Shown in pieces: positions 1 to 8,847 of a stretch of 64,000 nt of DNA. Within the stretch, counting starts at the first letter, position 1. Each line of letters opens with the position of its first letter. The stretch is from an uncultured delta proteobacterium. GTDB lineage: Bacteria; Desulfobacterota; Binatia; Binatales; Binataceae. Under the pieces are notes generated by a model. The model did no database searches. It was given only the letters and a program-made list of their open reading frames with translations, and was not told the origin of the DNA. Location of the stretch: NCBI GenBank assembly GCA_963765675.1, contig CAVXXK010000001.1, positions 2,376,613 to 2,440,612 on the forward strand, given 5' to 3'. Position numbers and translations under genes: made by a program.

Positions 1-1023
1 GCGCCGTCGCGCTTGATCTCCTCGGCGGTCGGGATTGGTCCATCGCCGCTCGATGTCTTCCCAGATTTTGTAGCCGAGATGATACGGGTTTAGCTGGCCG
101 GGGATCGGGCGCACGACCTGGTTGTGGCGCACGATAAATTCGAGATGCAGTCCATGCTCGAGACGCAGCGACTCGACGATCTTGTGATGCCAGAAGCTGG
201 CCCATCCCTCGTTCATGATCTTGGTTTCCATCATCGGGATGAAATACTTGGCTTCTTCATCGACGATCGTGAGCAGATCTTTCTCCCATTCGGCGAGATA
301 AGGATTGTGGTCGCGGATAAAGATCAGCAGGTCTTCGTCGGGCTCGAGCGGAACCTTGTGCAGATCGGGCTCGGTGAATTCCTGGCGCGCGTGGATTTTC
401 GCGAATGGATCGGGCTGCGGATGCGCCGCTTCGAGCGCGAGCTCGACCTGCTCGTTGTGCGTGCGTTTGCGAATCGCCAGGTTGCGGCGGCAATTCCACG
501 ACAGTGCGTGCGCGGCATCGAGGATACGCTCGATCTTCTCGATTCCGATCGAGGGATCCTCCGCGTAGCGCCGCACGCGCATCGCATGCGCCTTGAAAAT
601 CTCGATCGTGAGCTCGGCGCGGGTCGAGCGATAGGTGAAGTTATTTTTGAAAAAATCGTTGTGCCCATAGACGTGCGCGATGGTCAGAATCTGCAGCAGC
701 AGCGTGTTGTCGCGCATCAGGTAGGCGATCGCGGGATCGGAATTGATCACCATCTCGTACGGCAATCCGGAGACGCCGTGATCGTAAAGCGTCTTCAGCT
801 TCTCGTAGGATTTGCCGTACGACCAGTGCGGGTAGTGCGAGGGCATCCCGGAGTAAGCCATGTACCCGAGCATCCCGGTGTGGTCGCAAATCTCGAATTC
901 CTGCGCGTAGCAATCGAGGCCGAACTCATCGACCTTCTCGCGAATCTTCGCGTCCCATTCGGCCAGATCGGCGAGTGTGTAGTTCGAGTGCGAAGCTTGT
1001 TCATGCGCCGCGTGACTGCTCAT
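1..1023 (-). CDS. spoVR: SpoVR/YcgB family protein, partial (runs off the window edge)
   Basis: Not in the ORF track; translated by hand from the ATG at 1023, which overlaps the yeaH stop (ATGA). Sequence includes GMPSHYPHWSYGKSYE, LPYEMVINSDPAIAYLMRDN, IAHVYGHNDFFKNN and NPYHLG. A possible 1-nt indel lies near position 32. Confidence 0.92.
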   Translation of the reverse strand, partial: MSSHAAHEQASHSNYTLADLAEWDAKIREKVDEFGLDCYAQEFEICDHTGMLGYMAYSGMPSHYPHWSYGKSYEKLKTLYDHGVSGLPYEMVINSDPAIAYLMRDNTLLLQILTIAHVYGHNDFFKNNFTYRSTRAELTIEIFKAHAMRVRRYAEDPSIGIEKIERILDAAHALSWNCRRNLAIRKRTHNEQVELALEAAHPQPDPFAKIHARQEFTEPDLHKVPLEPDEDLLIFIRDHNPYLAEWEKDLLTIVDEEAKYFIPMMETKIMNEGWASFWHHKIVESLRLEHGLHLEFIVRHNQVVRPIPGQLNPYHLGYKIWEDIERRWTNPDRRGDQARRR

Positions 1024-2402
1024 TCCTTCACCCTGTCTTTGGCCAGGAACGCCTTGAACGACGGCCAGATGTCTTCCTTGCGCTCGATCAGCACGGTGTG
1101 AAAATTCGGCGCCTGGATTTTCCGGAATACGTTCAGCATCGAGGATTCGTAGTAGCGCGACCCGAGCGGCTTGATCTCGCCGTATCCGAACAGGTTGCAG
1201 ATCGATGCGAGCTCTTCGCCGGCTTTCAGCGCGGCGGGATTGTCGGAGTCGAAGTTGTCGCCGTCGGAGCAGTGAAACGCGTACACGTTCCAGAGAGAAG
1301 GATGGTACCGCGCGGCGATTATTTCGAGCGCCTTCTGGTAGCCCGACGAAATGAAAGTGCCGCCCGACTCGCCCTTGTGAAAAAATTCTTCCTCGGTGAC
1401 TTCGTAGGCTTCGGTGTGATGCGCGATGAAAATAATTTCGACGTTGCGGTAGCGAGTCGAGATGAACTGGTAGAGCAGAAAGAAGAAGCTGCGCGCCAGG
1501 TATTTCTTCATCGTGTCCATCGAGCCGGAGGTGTCCATGATGCAAATCACGGCGGCGTTGGACTCCTCGCGCGTGTCAACCTCGACGTGCTTGTAGCGCA
1601 GGTCGTCCTGATGAAACGGAAAGCGGCGCTTCTTCACCGCGACGCGCGTGCCGCCGCCCGGCGTCGCGTCGTCGGTCTCCTCGAGATCGCGCGCTTCGGA
1701 ATCGAGCGAGTCTTCCGCGTCGTTCAGCTCGCCCAGATCGAGATTCTCAGCGTCGAGAATAGCGTCGTCCGACTCGGCGGATTCAGGCGCTCCCGGCGCG
1801 AGGCCGCGGGTCGCGTCGGCGGAGTGCGCCGCGTTGCCGCCGCGGCGGCGCTCGGAGGCAAGTATCCTCATCACGCGCTGCTTGGCGGTGCGGCGCTTGT
1901 CGAGCCGCACGCGGATTCCGACGTGGCGATAGCCTTTGCGGCGCGACGAGTAGTCGGCGATTATTTCGCGCAGCGCACGGCGCTCGAGATTCGGGAGCTC
2001 GAGGTCCTCGAACATGATCTCGATCAGCTCTTCGAGCGTGACGTCGGTCTCGTAGTAATCGACGCCGGGGCGATCGCCGGCCATGTCGTCGCCCTGGCCC
2101 TGGCCTTCCTTGCCGGTCTTGCCGACCACGTCGCCGGGCTTGGAATCGCCGTTGCCCTGCGACGCGCCGGGAGTATTTTCGCCAAAGATGAAGCGGTACT
2201 CCTTGATGCCGCGCAAGGGGACCTTGATGACGCGGTCCTTGTCTTTGCCGATGATCGATTCCTCGGCGATGATGTCGGCGATATTTTCGCGGATCGATTC
2301 GCGGACTTTCTGCCGATGCCGCTGGCGGTCGCCGGCGGAGCGGTCGGAGCGTTCGGCGTCAGAGGGCCGGTATTCGCGGAAGATAGTGTCGCCAGTAGCC
2401 AT
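1020..2402 (-). CDS. yeaH: YeaH/YhbH (DUF444) vWA-like protein
   Basis: DRQRHRQKVRESIREN, MDTSGSM MIDAS-like motif, FFHKGESGGT, YAFHCSDGDN; lies between prkA and spoVR. Confidence 0.93.
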   Translation of the reverse strand: MATGDTIFREYRPSDAERSDRSAGDRQRHRQKVRESIRENIADIIAEESIIGKDKDRVIKVPLRGIKEYRFIFGENTPGASQGNGDSKPGDVVGKTGKEGQGQGDDMAGDRPGVDYYETDVTLEELIEIMFEDLELPNLERRALREIIADYSSRRKGYRHVGIRVRLDKRRTAKQRVMRILASERRRGGNAAHSADATRGLAPGAPESAESDDAILDAENLDLGELNDAEDSLDSEARDLEETDDATPGGGTRVAVKKRRFPFHQDDLRYKHVEVDTREESNAAVICIMDTSGSMDTMKKYLARSFFFLLYQFISTRYRNVEIIFIAHHTEAYEVTEEEFFHKGESGGTFISSGYQKALEIIAARYHPSLWNVYAFHCSDGDNFDSDNPAALKAGEELASICNLFGYGEIKPLGSRYYESSMLNVFRKIQAPNFHTVLIERKEDIWPSFKAFLAKDRVKE

Positions 2403-2493
2403 GCGGGACTCCTCTTCGCGGTCGATTCAAGTATAGCGTGTCCGCGCGCCCGGGGCATCGGGGGGTAGCGCGCGGATGGGCGATCATGAGAAT

Positions 2494-2871
2494 TCATTTC
2501 ACGGTTTCACTTGCGCGGGAAGCCGCATAGAGGAGCTTGCCCTCGCGGATTACCGTCGCGGGGAGCGATGTTCTGACCCGCGCGCGAAAATGGAACCATT
2601 CATCGGTACAGATCAGAACATCTTTCGGCTTCCCGATTCCCCAGAGAATCTCGTACGCGAGCTTGCTTCCTTTCAACTCGCGCGGGGCGTCGTCGGGCAC
2701 GACGACCAGAAGATCATAGTCGCTGTCGGGGCCGGCAGTGCCGCGTGCTTTTGAGCCGAACAAAAAGATTCGCAGCGGATGATAAGCGTCTGCGATCCGC
2801 CGGACGATTTCCCGCAGCGCCGGATCGTCGTGCAGCATCTGTTGCTCAATCTCGGCAGCCATTTTACCCAT
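2494..2871 (-). CDS. Minimal nucleotidyltransferase (MNT/MntA antitoxin-like), no adjacent HEPN partner
   Basis: IFLFGSKARG...DSDYDLLVVV Pol-beta motif and C-terminal VIREGKLLY. Confidence 0.88.
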   Translation of the reverse strand: MGKMAAEIEQQMLHDDPALREIVRRIADAYHPLRIFLFGSKARGTAGPDSDYDLLVVVPDDAPRELKGSKLAYEILWGIGKPKDVLICTDEWFHFRARVRTSLPATVIREGKLLYAASRASETVK

Positions 2872-3123
2872 CAGTTCGTAAGGACGAGGGTTCGACGCAT
2901 CTTATCTCCGTCGTCTTCTGCATCCTATCTCACTCATTTCTATAACGCTTTTTTGACGGTGGGTTCGTTCCCGGGATTTTGCGCATCGCGTCGGGGGAGA
3001 GTGTCCGGAAATGCTGAGGAATTATGTAAAAACCAAGAGTTCGTTTTGATCGCCGCATATCGAGAATTTCTGGCTCCTCGCCCTGTAGAGGCTGTCAATT
3101 TTCCTCGCAGAAGCTCAGTTGGT

Positions 3124-3231
3124 GTCATCCTGAGCCGCAGGCGAAGGATCTCCGCGAAGCGATTAGTGCAACCAACCCTGGCTCTTCGCACTAATCGCTT
3201 CGCGGAGATCCTTCACTTCGTTCAGGATGAC
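3124..3231 (+). repeat. ~108-bp palindromic element with GTCATCCTGA...TCAGGATGAC termini (copy 1)
   Basis: Long imperfect inverted repeat (gaaggatctccgcgaagcgattagtgc / gcactaatcgcttcgcggagatccttc); the first ~50 nt are identical to the reverse complement of the copy at 50327-50444. Confidence 0.92.
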
Positions 3232-3257
3232 GGACAAGAACTCGCCATTTATCGACA

Positions 3258-3410
3258 CCCTCCCGTAAGCGAGAGGTTGGGTGAGGGTCCTTTTTCAGCG
3301 CGACGCGCGAGCGGTGCGCGACTATAGAACTGTCCACGACCGTGGCGGCACGACGAGTTATCCGGCATCGGTCCCTCACCTGGCCTCTCCCTGACAGGGA
3401 GAGGAACCAG
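3258..3410 (+). repeat. BoxC-like element (GAGAGG...GGTGAGGG / CCCTCACC...CCTCTCCC), module B
   Basis: Termini and internal ttcagcgcg..cgc segment match 8541-8713 and the reverse complement of 52140-52316. Confidence 0.85.
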
Positions 3411-3433
3411 ATAAGAGAGCCACTGTGCGGCGC

Positions 3434-5368
3434 TCAATCTTTCCAGAGATTGTTGGCGGCGTACTTCAGGACTACGTCCACGCAGGATTCGCAGTAGCCG
3501 TTCTCGAGGAGGTTCTTGACCATCGCGCTGTACTTCTCGCCCTGCTCCTCGTCGCGGGTGCGGGCCTTGGTGATGATGCGCGAGATGTCGCGGACCGAGG
3601 TCATCAGCTTCTTCTCGATCGCTTCTTTAAGCGGCTCGTAGCTCTTGTAGCTGACCTTCTCGCCGCGGCGCGAGGTCGCCCACAGATACGCGATCACTTC
3701 CTGGCGGAAGCCGTCGGCCGCCGAGCCGATAATCGCGATCTGCTCTTCGATCGATTTGAGGAAGCCCTCGTCGGGCGACAGCTCTTCCTTGGTGTTGCGA
3801 TCGCGGACCTTGGTCTTGTTGACGTAGGCCTCGGCGTGGTCGAGATAGTTCTGGAACAGCGATTCGGCCTGCTCCTGGTAGGAGTAGACGAACGCGCGCG
3901 TAATCTCCTTTTCCAGCAGCTCCAGATATTCCTTGTGCAGCGTGTCCTGCAGCAGTTCGAGGTATGCCTTGCGCGTGTCGTCGGGGAGGTCGGCTTCCTT
4001 GGTCATCGCGATCAGCGACTCGCGCACGTTGATCGGATTGATGCAGTTGCCGCTGACGTTGTCGGAAAGCGCGTTGTCGAGCGCCTTCATGATGAATCGG
4101 GTCGAGATGCCGTTCATCCCTTCGCGCTTGGTGTCTTCCTTCAGCTCCTGCACGTCGATCTTCTTGGTGCGTCCCTTCTCGACCACTTCCTCTCCGTTGT
4201 AGAGCCGGAGCTTGGTCATCAGATCGCACTTCGAGGTCGGTTCGAGCCGCGAGAGGATCGCGAACATCGAGGCGAGCTCGAGCGTGTGCGGCGCGACGTG
4301 CGCGCGGAAGTCGGAGTTGCGGATGATCTTCAGATAGATCTTCACCTCTTCCGACAGGCGCAGATTGTACGGAACCTTGACTACGACGATTCGGTCGAGG
4401 ATCGCCTCGTTGGTGTGGTCGGCCTTGAACTTCTGCCATTCGGCTTCGTTCGAGTGGGCGACGATCGTCGTATCGACATAGACCATCCCATGGCGTCCGG
4501 GCGCCGGGATGACTTTCTCCTGCGTCGCGGTGATCATCGCGTGCAGGTATTCGGTTTCGTTCTTGAAGACTTCGATAAACTCGACCACGCCGCGGTTGCC
4601 GACGTTGAGCGCGCCGTTGAGTTCGAGCACACGCGGGTCGCCTTCGGAATATTGGTCGAGCTTCGAGATATCTTCGCTGCCGATCAGGACCGAGGTGTCC
4701 TGATTGTTCGGGTCGACCGGCGGAACGACGCCCACGCCGACGCGGTTGCGCTTCGAGAAGCTCTTGGTCTCGATCGGAAATTCTTCGTAGCGCTGATTGA
4801 ACTCGACCTTCAGGCGATAGCGGCAGACCGGGCACAGGTCGCCCTCGATATGCACCCCGAGCATCTTCTCGAACTCGCGCCGCAGATGGCGCGGGATCAG
4901 ATGCAGCGGCTCCTCGTGCATCGGGCATCCTTCGATGCTGTAGATCACCCCGGTCTGTTCGAGTCCGCGCTGAAGGCGCTCGACCAGCGAGGATTTGCCC
5001 GATCCGACCGGCCCCATCAGGTACAGGACCTGGCGCGATTCCTCGCCCTTGAGCGAGGCGGAATGGAAGTAGCGTACGATTTGCGAAATCGTCCGCTCGA
5101 TTCCGAAAAACTCTTCCGAGAAGAATCCGAACACCTTTACCGGCTCGTCCTTGTACAGCCGCTTGGTGCGCGGATCGTCGCTCTCCTGGATGCTGCGCGA
5201 GCCCGACGCGGTGATCATGTCGTAGATGCGCGCGTGGGAAAGCTTGGTGATAGTCGGATCGGCCTTGACCAGTTCGAGATAGGCAAGCAGCGTTCCGCTC
5301 CACTTTTCAGATTCGCGGGCGGCGCGGTCTTCTTTGATTACGCGTTCGAAGTGATTGGGTTCAGCCAT
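3434..5368 (-). CDS. prkA: PrkA/YeaG family AAA+ serine protein kinase
   Basis: FFGIERTISQIVRYF, Walker A GPVGSGKSS, GCPMHEEPLHLIP, YSEGDPR, NRGVVEFIEVFK, AHSNEAEW, NEAILDR. Confidence 0.96.
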   Translation of the reverse strand: MAEPNHFERVIKEDRAARESEKWSGTLLAYLELVKADPTITKLSHARIYDMITASGSRSIQESDDPRTKRLYKDEPVKVFGFFSEEFFGIERTISQIVRYFHSASLKGEESRQVLYLMGPVGSGKSSLVERLQRGLEQTGVIYSIEGCPMHEEPLHLIPRHLRREFEKMLGVHIEGDLCPVCRYRLKVEFNQRYEEFPIETKSFSKRNRVGVGVVPPVDPNNQDTSVLIGSEDISKLDQYSEGDPRVLELNGALNVGNRGVVEFIEVFKNETEYLHAMITATQEKVIPAPGRHGMVYVDTTIVAHSNEAEWQKFKADHTNEAILDRIVVVKVPYNLRLSEEVKIYLKIIRNSDFRAHVAPHTLELASMFAILSRLEPTSKCDLMTKLRLYNGEEVVEKGRTKKIDVQELKEDTKREGMNGISTRFIMKALDNALSDNVSGNCINPINVRESLIAMTKEADLPDDTRKAYLELLQDTLHKEYLELLEKEITRAFVYSYQEQAESLFQNYLDHAEAYVNKTKVRDRNTKEELSPDEGFLKSIEEQIAIIGSAADGFRQEVIAYLWATSRRGEKVSYKSYEPLKEAIEKKLMTSVRDISRIITKARTRDEEQGEKYSAMVKNLLENGYCESCVDVVLKYAANNLWKD

Positions 5369-5464
5369 CGGCCAGCTCCTCGAGTTACGGACGTTTAGGG
5401 GGAGGCGTGACAGGCGGCGGTCAGAGGGACGGCTGTGCTATTTTTCAAGCTCAGCATGGCTGTC

Positions 5465-5493
5465 AGTATAACGGACCTTGCGCGACGCAACAA
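5465..5493 (-). promoter_or_regulatory. Putative sigma70/sigmaS-type promoter of prkA
   Basis: Minus strand reads TTGTTG-N17-TATACT, about 100 bp upstream of the prkA start. Confidence 0.45.
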
Positions 5494-5529
5494 GTAACCC
5501 TTTGCGCCAAGCGGTTGAATCGCGCGCGA

Positions 5530-6405
5530 TCAGTTTTGCTCCGGCACCGCGACTCTGTCCGTCAGCACGACGCGGCCACGATCGTTGCCGACTCGCGCGG
5601 CGAATACCTGGTCATCGTGGGCGAACGATACCCACGTGCGCTCGGCGATCGCGCGGCCGAGGTAGAGCGACTTTTGTTCCATCGTGGTCAGCGCGTCGAG
5701 GTCGTAGGCCTGATTCCATGGGCCGCGCAGATGCGACCGCGTCGGCACGATATCGGCCAGATGCGCAAATGAGGCGCCGGCGTCGCTGACGGTGCATACC
5801 TGATGGTCTCGAGTATGGCCGCCGGTCGGGACGGCGGTCACGCCGGGGACGATCTCGGCGGGGCCGTCGAGCGCCTCGATCCGCGCGAGGTTGGGCGCGA
5901 GAATCTCCGCGGCATGGCGATAGGCGGCGTGCAGGCGCTCGTTGCGCGGCGCGCGGGCGATATCGAGCTCGCCTTTCTGCACGAAGATTCGAGCACGCGG
6001 AAAGGCGGCTTCGAGCACGCCCGAATCGCGCCGGCGCACGAGGCCGCCGGCATGATCGAAATGCAGATGCGAGCAGATAACGGCGGTGATATCGCCCAAT
6101 TCCATCCCGAGCGCGCGCAGATGGTCGGGCAGCCATCCGTCGCCGTGGTCGAAGATCTTGCGCTCGACGTCGCTCAGGCGGTTGCCGATTCCGCAATCGA
6201 CCAGGATCGCGTCGGCGCCGCGGATAATCAGCGGGCAGGTCAGGTTAAGGCGGATGCGGTTCTGCTCGTCGGGCGGATGATCGCGTTTCCACAGCTCGCG
6301 CGGCACCACGCCGAACATGCATCCGCCGTCGTTGCGCCATAGCCCGTCGGTAAGGAAGGCGACGGTGAAGGATCCGATTTCAATTTTCGGCGGCGTGATG
6401 GTCAT
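5530..6405 (-). CDS. MBL-fold metallo-hydrolase (YtnP-like)
   Basis: DGGCMFGVVPRELW, SHLHFDHAGG, GHTRDHQ, AYDL, FAHD. Confidence 0.9.
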   Translation of the reverse strand: MTITPPKIEIGSFTVAFLTDGLWRNDGGCMFGVVPRELWKRDHPPDEQNRIRLNLTCPLIIRGADAILVDCGIGNRLSDVERKIFDHGDGWLPDHLRALGMELGDITAVICSHLHFDHAGGLVRRRDSGVLEAAFPRARIFVQKGELDIARAPRNERLHAAYRHAAEILAPNLARIEALDGPAEIVPGVTAVPTGGHTRDHQVCTVSDAGASFAHLADIVPTRSHLRGPWNQAYDLDALTTMEQKSLYLGRAIAERTWVSFAHDDQVFAARVGNDRGRVVLTDRVAVPEQN

Positions 6406-6443
6406 CGCGGTAGATAACCTCTTATCGCGTATTCTCCATTGCA

Positions 6444-6560
6444 GTCATCCTGCCATGAAAGTCAGGGCGGTGTGAGTATTGTGTGCAAAGAGCAAAGCCA
6501 CTATGGCTTTGCGCTTGGAACAGAATATTCCTACCACCTCGACTTTCATGGCGGGATGAC
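6444..6560. repeat. 117-bp palindromic element with 20-bp terminal inverted repeats GTCATCCYGCCATGAAAGTC
   Basis: 6444-6463 gtcatcctgccatgaaagtc versus 6541-6560 gactttcatggcgggatgac (one mismatch); central hairpin gcaaagcca-cta-tggctttgc. Confidence 0.88.
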
Positions 6561-6587
6561 GGACGAGAATCGCTAGCACGCCATTGC

Positions 6588-7727
6588 TCAATTCGCGACC
6601 CGCCGGAATTCGTCGTTGTGCAGGGCAACGCACCAGGGCTGGCCGCCGAGGCGGCCGTACTCCTGGTCCTCGCAACTCATCGTGTCGCCGGTGACGGTGC
6701 ATGAGAGCTCGTGGGTCTCGTCGATCGATTCGCGGGTCGAGAAGAACGGAAGCGCATTGCCGGCGTCGGAATGATGCAGCAGAAACCGCATCCGCATCGA
6801 ATCTACGCCGTCAGTCGAGAGCACCTCGACGCGCGACCACTCGTCGGCCTGGTTTCCGTAAAGACCCGGCCTCAGCCGCAGCGAGGAAAAGGTCGGCTCA
6901 AAATCTCCGCTCGCCGTGCGCTGATAGCAAAACCGTCCCGAGTCCTGGGTATAGACGCATCCCTCGCGCGCGCCGGGCAACAGATGAACCGGGCCGTTCT
7001 GCTGATCGTTCGCCAGCTCCCAGCATCCCTTGAACACGCTCGGCAGCTTGAGCGTGCCGGTCTGGCTCGGCGCAGGATTGGTGGCAGTCTGCACGCCAGG
7101 ATCGACTTGAATCTGATTGTCGAGCGCGAGATTCGGCGTGCCCAGGAAGCCCAGCGTTTTGCTTTCCGCGTCCTGCTTGCCGTAATCGGTCGCGACCTTG
7201 CCCGAGAGCATCAGAAAAGCGGGAGCGCCGGTCGCGTCGCGATAAACCTGCGCGGTGACGAATGGCAGGCGATGAGATTTCAGATATGCGGTGGCGTCGC
7301 GCGAGCGCGAGGCATCGAGCATCGACTCGGAAGGAAGAGTGAGCGCGCTCGACGAGGGCGGCGTCTGGCTCGGGAGCCTCAATTCGTTTTCACTCGTGTG
7401 CGTGGGCAGTGCCGGAGGCTTCGCGGCCGGGACCTGCTTGGGGGCGGGCCGTGTCTGCAAACCTCCTCCGGACAACATATCGGCGGCGCCTGCAGGGGAA
7501 ATCGGATTGGCTGAGCGCGCCTTCGCGGGTGACGGCGATTGCTTTGATGCGGGCGTCGGCGAAGCCGGCTGCGCGGCGTCCAGCGGCGACTGCGCGACCA
7601 GCTCCGGTTGCTCGTGTATCCGGGTGAAGAAGATCGCGCCGCCTGCGCCGAGCGCGAAGAGCACGATCAGAATCGCGGCGGTGCCGAGCAATCCGCGCAG
7701 ATCGAGCTTGCCGCGTTTGCGCCTCAT
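6588..7727 (-). CDS. Membrane-anchored protein with Pro/Ser linker, BON-like domain and Cys-rich C-terminal domain
   Basis: N-terminal TM helix; LMLSGKVATDYGKQDAE...LDNQIQV is BON-like; several Cys in the C-terminal part. Confidence 0.7.
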   Translation of the reverse strand: MRRKRGKLDLRGLLGTAAILIVLFALGAGGAIFFTRIHEQPELVAQSPLDAAQPASPTPASKQSPSPAKARSANPISPAGAADMLSGGGLQTRPAPKQVPAAKPPALPTHTSENELRLPSQTPPSSSALTLPSESMLDASRSRDATAYLKSHRLPFVTAQVYRDATGAPAFLMLSGKVATDYGKQDAESKTLGFLGTPNLALDNQIQVDPGVQTATNPAPSQTGTLKLPSVFKGCWELANDQQNGPVHLLPGAREGCVYTQDSGRFCYQRTASGDFEPTFSSLRLRPGLYGNQADEWSRVEVLSTDGVDSMRMRFLLHHSDAGNALPFFSTRESIDETHELSCTVTGDTMSCEDQEYGRLGGQPWCVALHNDEFRRVAN

Positions 7728-7734
7728 GCTTTGA

Positions 7735-8202
7735 TTATGAGCCCATCAGCCAGAGTCCGCACAGGAGCGCAATCGCGCCCATCGCGGCGATCGCGCCGTG
7801 CCATCTGGCGTTACGCGCGGTCGCGCCGGGAATCGCGGCGACGCGGCCCTTGTCGGCGACGGCGCGGAGTGTCGCGGTGATCGACAGCGCGCGGCCGAGC
7901 GCCAGCGACATCGCGATGAACAGGATCACCTTGACCGCCAGGATAATTCCGAACTGCGCCGAGAAATTGAACCCGCGCGCCACACCGGCGAGCGCCAGGT
8001 TGAACCCTCCGGTTACGAGCACGACGGTTGCGGCCGCGATATTGAAGCCGTCGATTTTGGGCGCGGCGCGCAGCGCGAAGTTGACCTGCTCGTCGCTGCC
8101 GGCCGCGATTGCAAGACCCGCGATGACGAAGCATACGCAGGCCGTTACCCACGCGCCGCCGGCGAGTGCGTGAATCCAGAGAATCGTGCTGCGCAGTTCC
8201 AT
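7735..8202 (-). CDS. Four-TM CopD/DUF4149-like membrane protein
   Basis: LWIHALAGGAWV, LVLVTGGFN, LAVKVILF; four hydrophobic segments. Confidence 0.7.
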   Translation of the reverse strand: MELRSTILWIHALAGGAWVTACVCFVIAGLAIAAGSDEQVNFALRAAPKIDGFNIAAATVVLVTGGFNLALAGVARGFNFSAQFGIILAVKVILFIAMSLALGRALSITATLRAVADKGRVAAIPGATARNARWHGAIAAMGAIALLCGLWLMGS

Positions 8203-8413
8203 CGGGGGGCGTCGGCGTCATCGACAATTCTAGCGCGCGCCGCGAGCGCGCAGAAATGGGCGATGTCGATGTGCGCGAAGCCGGCGCATCGCGCCGCGTC
8301 TCTGTCGAGTTCTCTTCTGCCAGTGGCCGCCGACGGCCCGTCGGCCACGCGAAGCGTCATGTGCACGTGTGCGGATAAATCGCGGCGTCGCGCGATTAAA
8401 AGAGCAGAGCAGC

Positions 8414-8713
8414 GCCCTCACCCACGCGTCACGAGGCGTGCGAAAAAGAATCGCAAGCATCGCGCCGCGCCGCCCGCGTGCCAGTGGCACCTCCCGGTGG
8501 GAGAGGGTATCCAGCAAAGACGGTGGGTCGCGACACCGCCTCTGAATCCCTGGCCTAGTATGGGAGAGGTCAGGTGAGGGCCTTATTCAGCGCGGCGCAC
8601 AGCGACGCACGATTATAGGAAATCTGCCTAGGAGAATTTAAACGCGCGGCAGAACGATGCCGCGCAGATCGGACCCTCACCTAACCTCTCCCTTTCAGGG
8701 CGAGGGACCAGAA
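8414..8713 (+). repeat. Composite BoxC-like repeat: module A (8414-8510) then module B (8541-8713)
   Basis: A matches the reverse complement of 52055-52136. B matches the reverse complement of 52140-52316, including the identical ccctcacctaacctctccctttcagggcgagggaccagaa. Confidence 0.88.
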
Positions 8714-8847
8714 GCGCGGCGCGATTATTTCGTAGGGACGGCTCGCGAGCTGCCCGTTTTGGTTTGGCGATGAGCGCCGGTTTGAGCTAACAGACATCAA
8801 CAGTGCGGCTGCGCGCGTGGCCGAATGCGCGGGCCAGGAGGTGCTCA

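Noticed and set aside
1-5368. Sporulation capacity implied by the spoVR/prkA and spoIIM names
   Set aside because: These families are widespread in non-sporulating bacteria.
124-5398. Long plus-strand ORFs (325, 497 and 657 aa) and similar long antisense ORFs elsewhere (e.g. 48775-50217, 56027-57595)
   Set aside because: They are shadow frames of well-supported genes in high-GC DNA and have no recognisable motifs.
5490-5512. Possible sigma54 promoter for prkA (TTGGCGC...)
   Set aside because: No GC at the -12 position with 10-nt spacing; candidates near 25500 and 48355 fail the same test.
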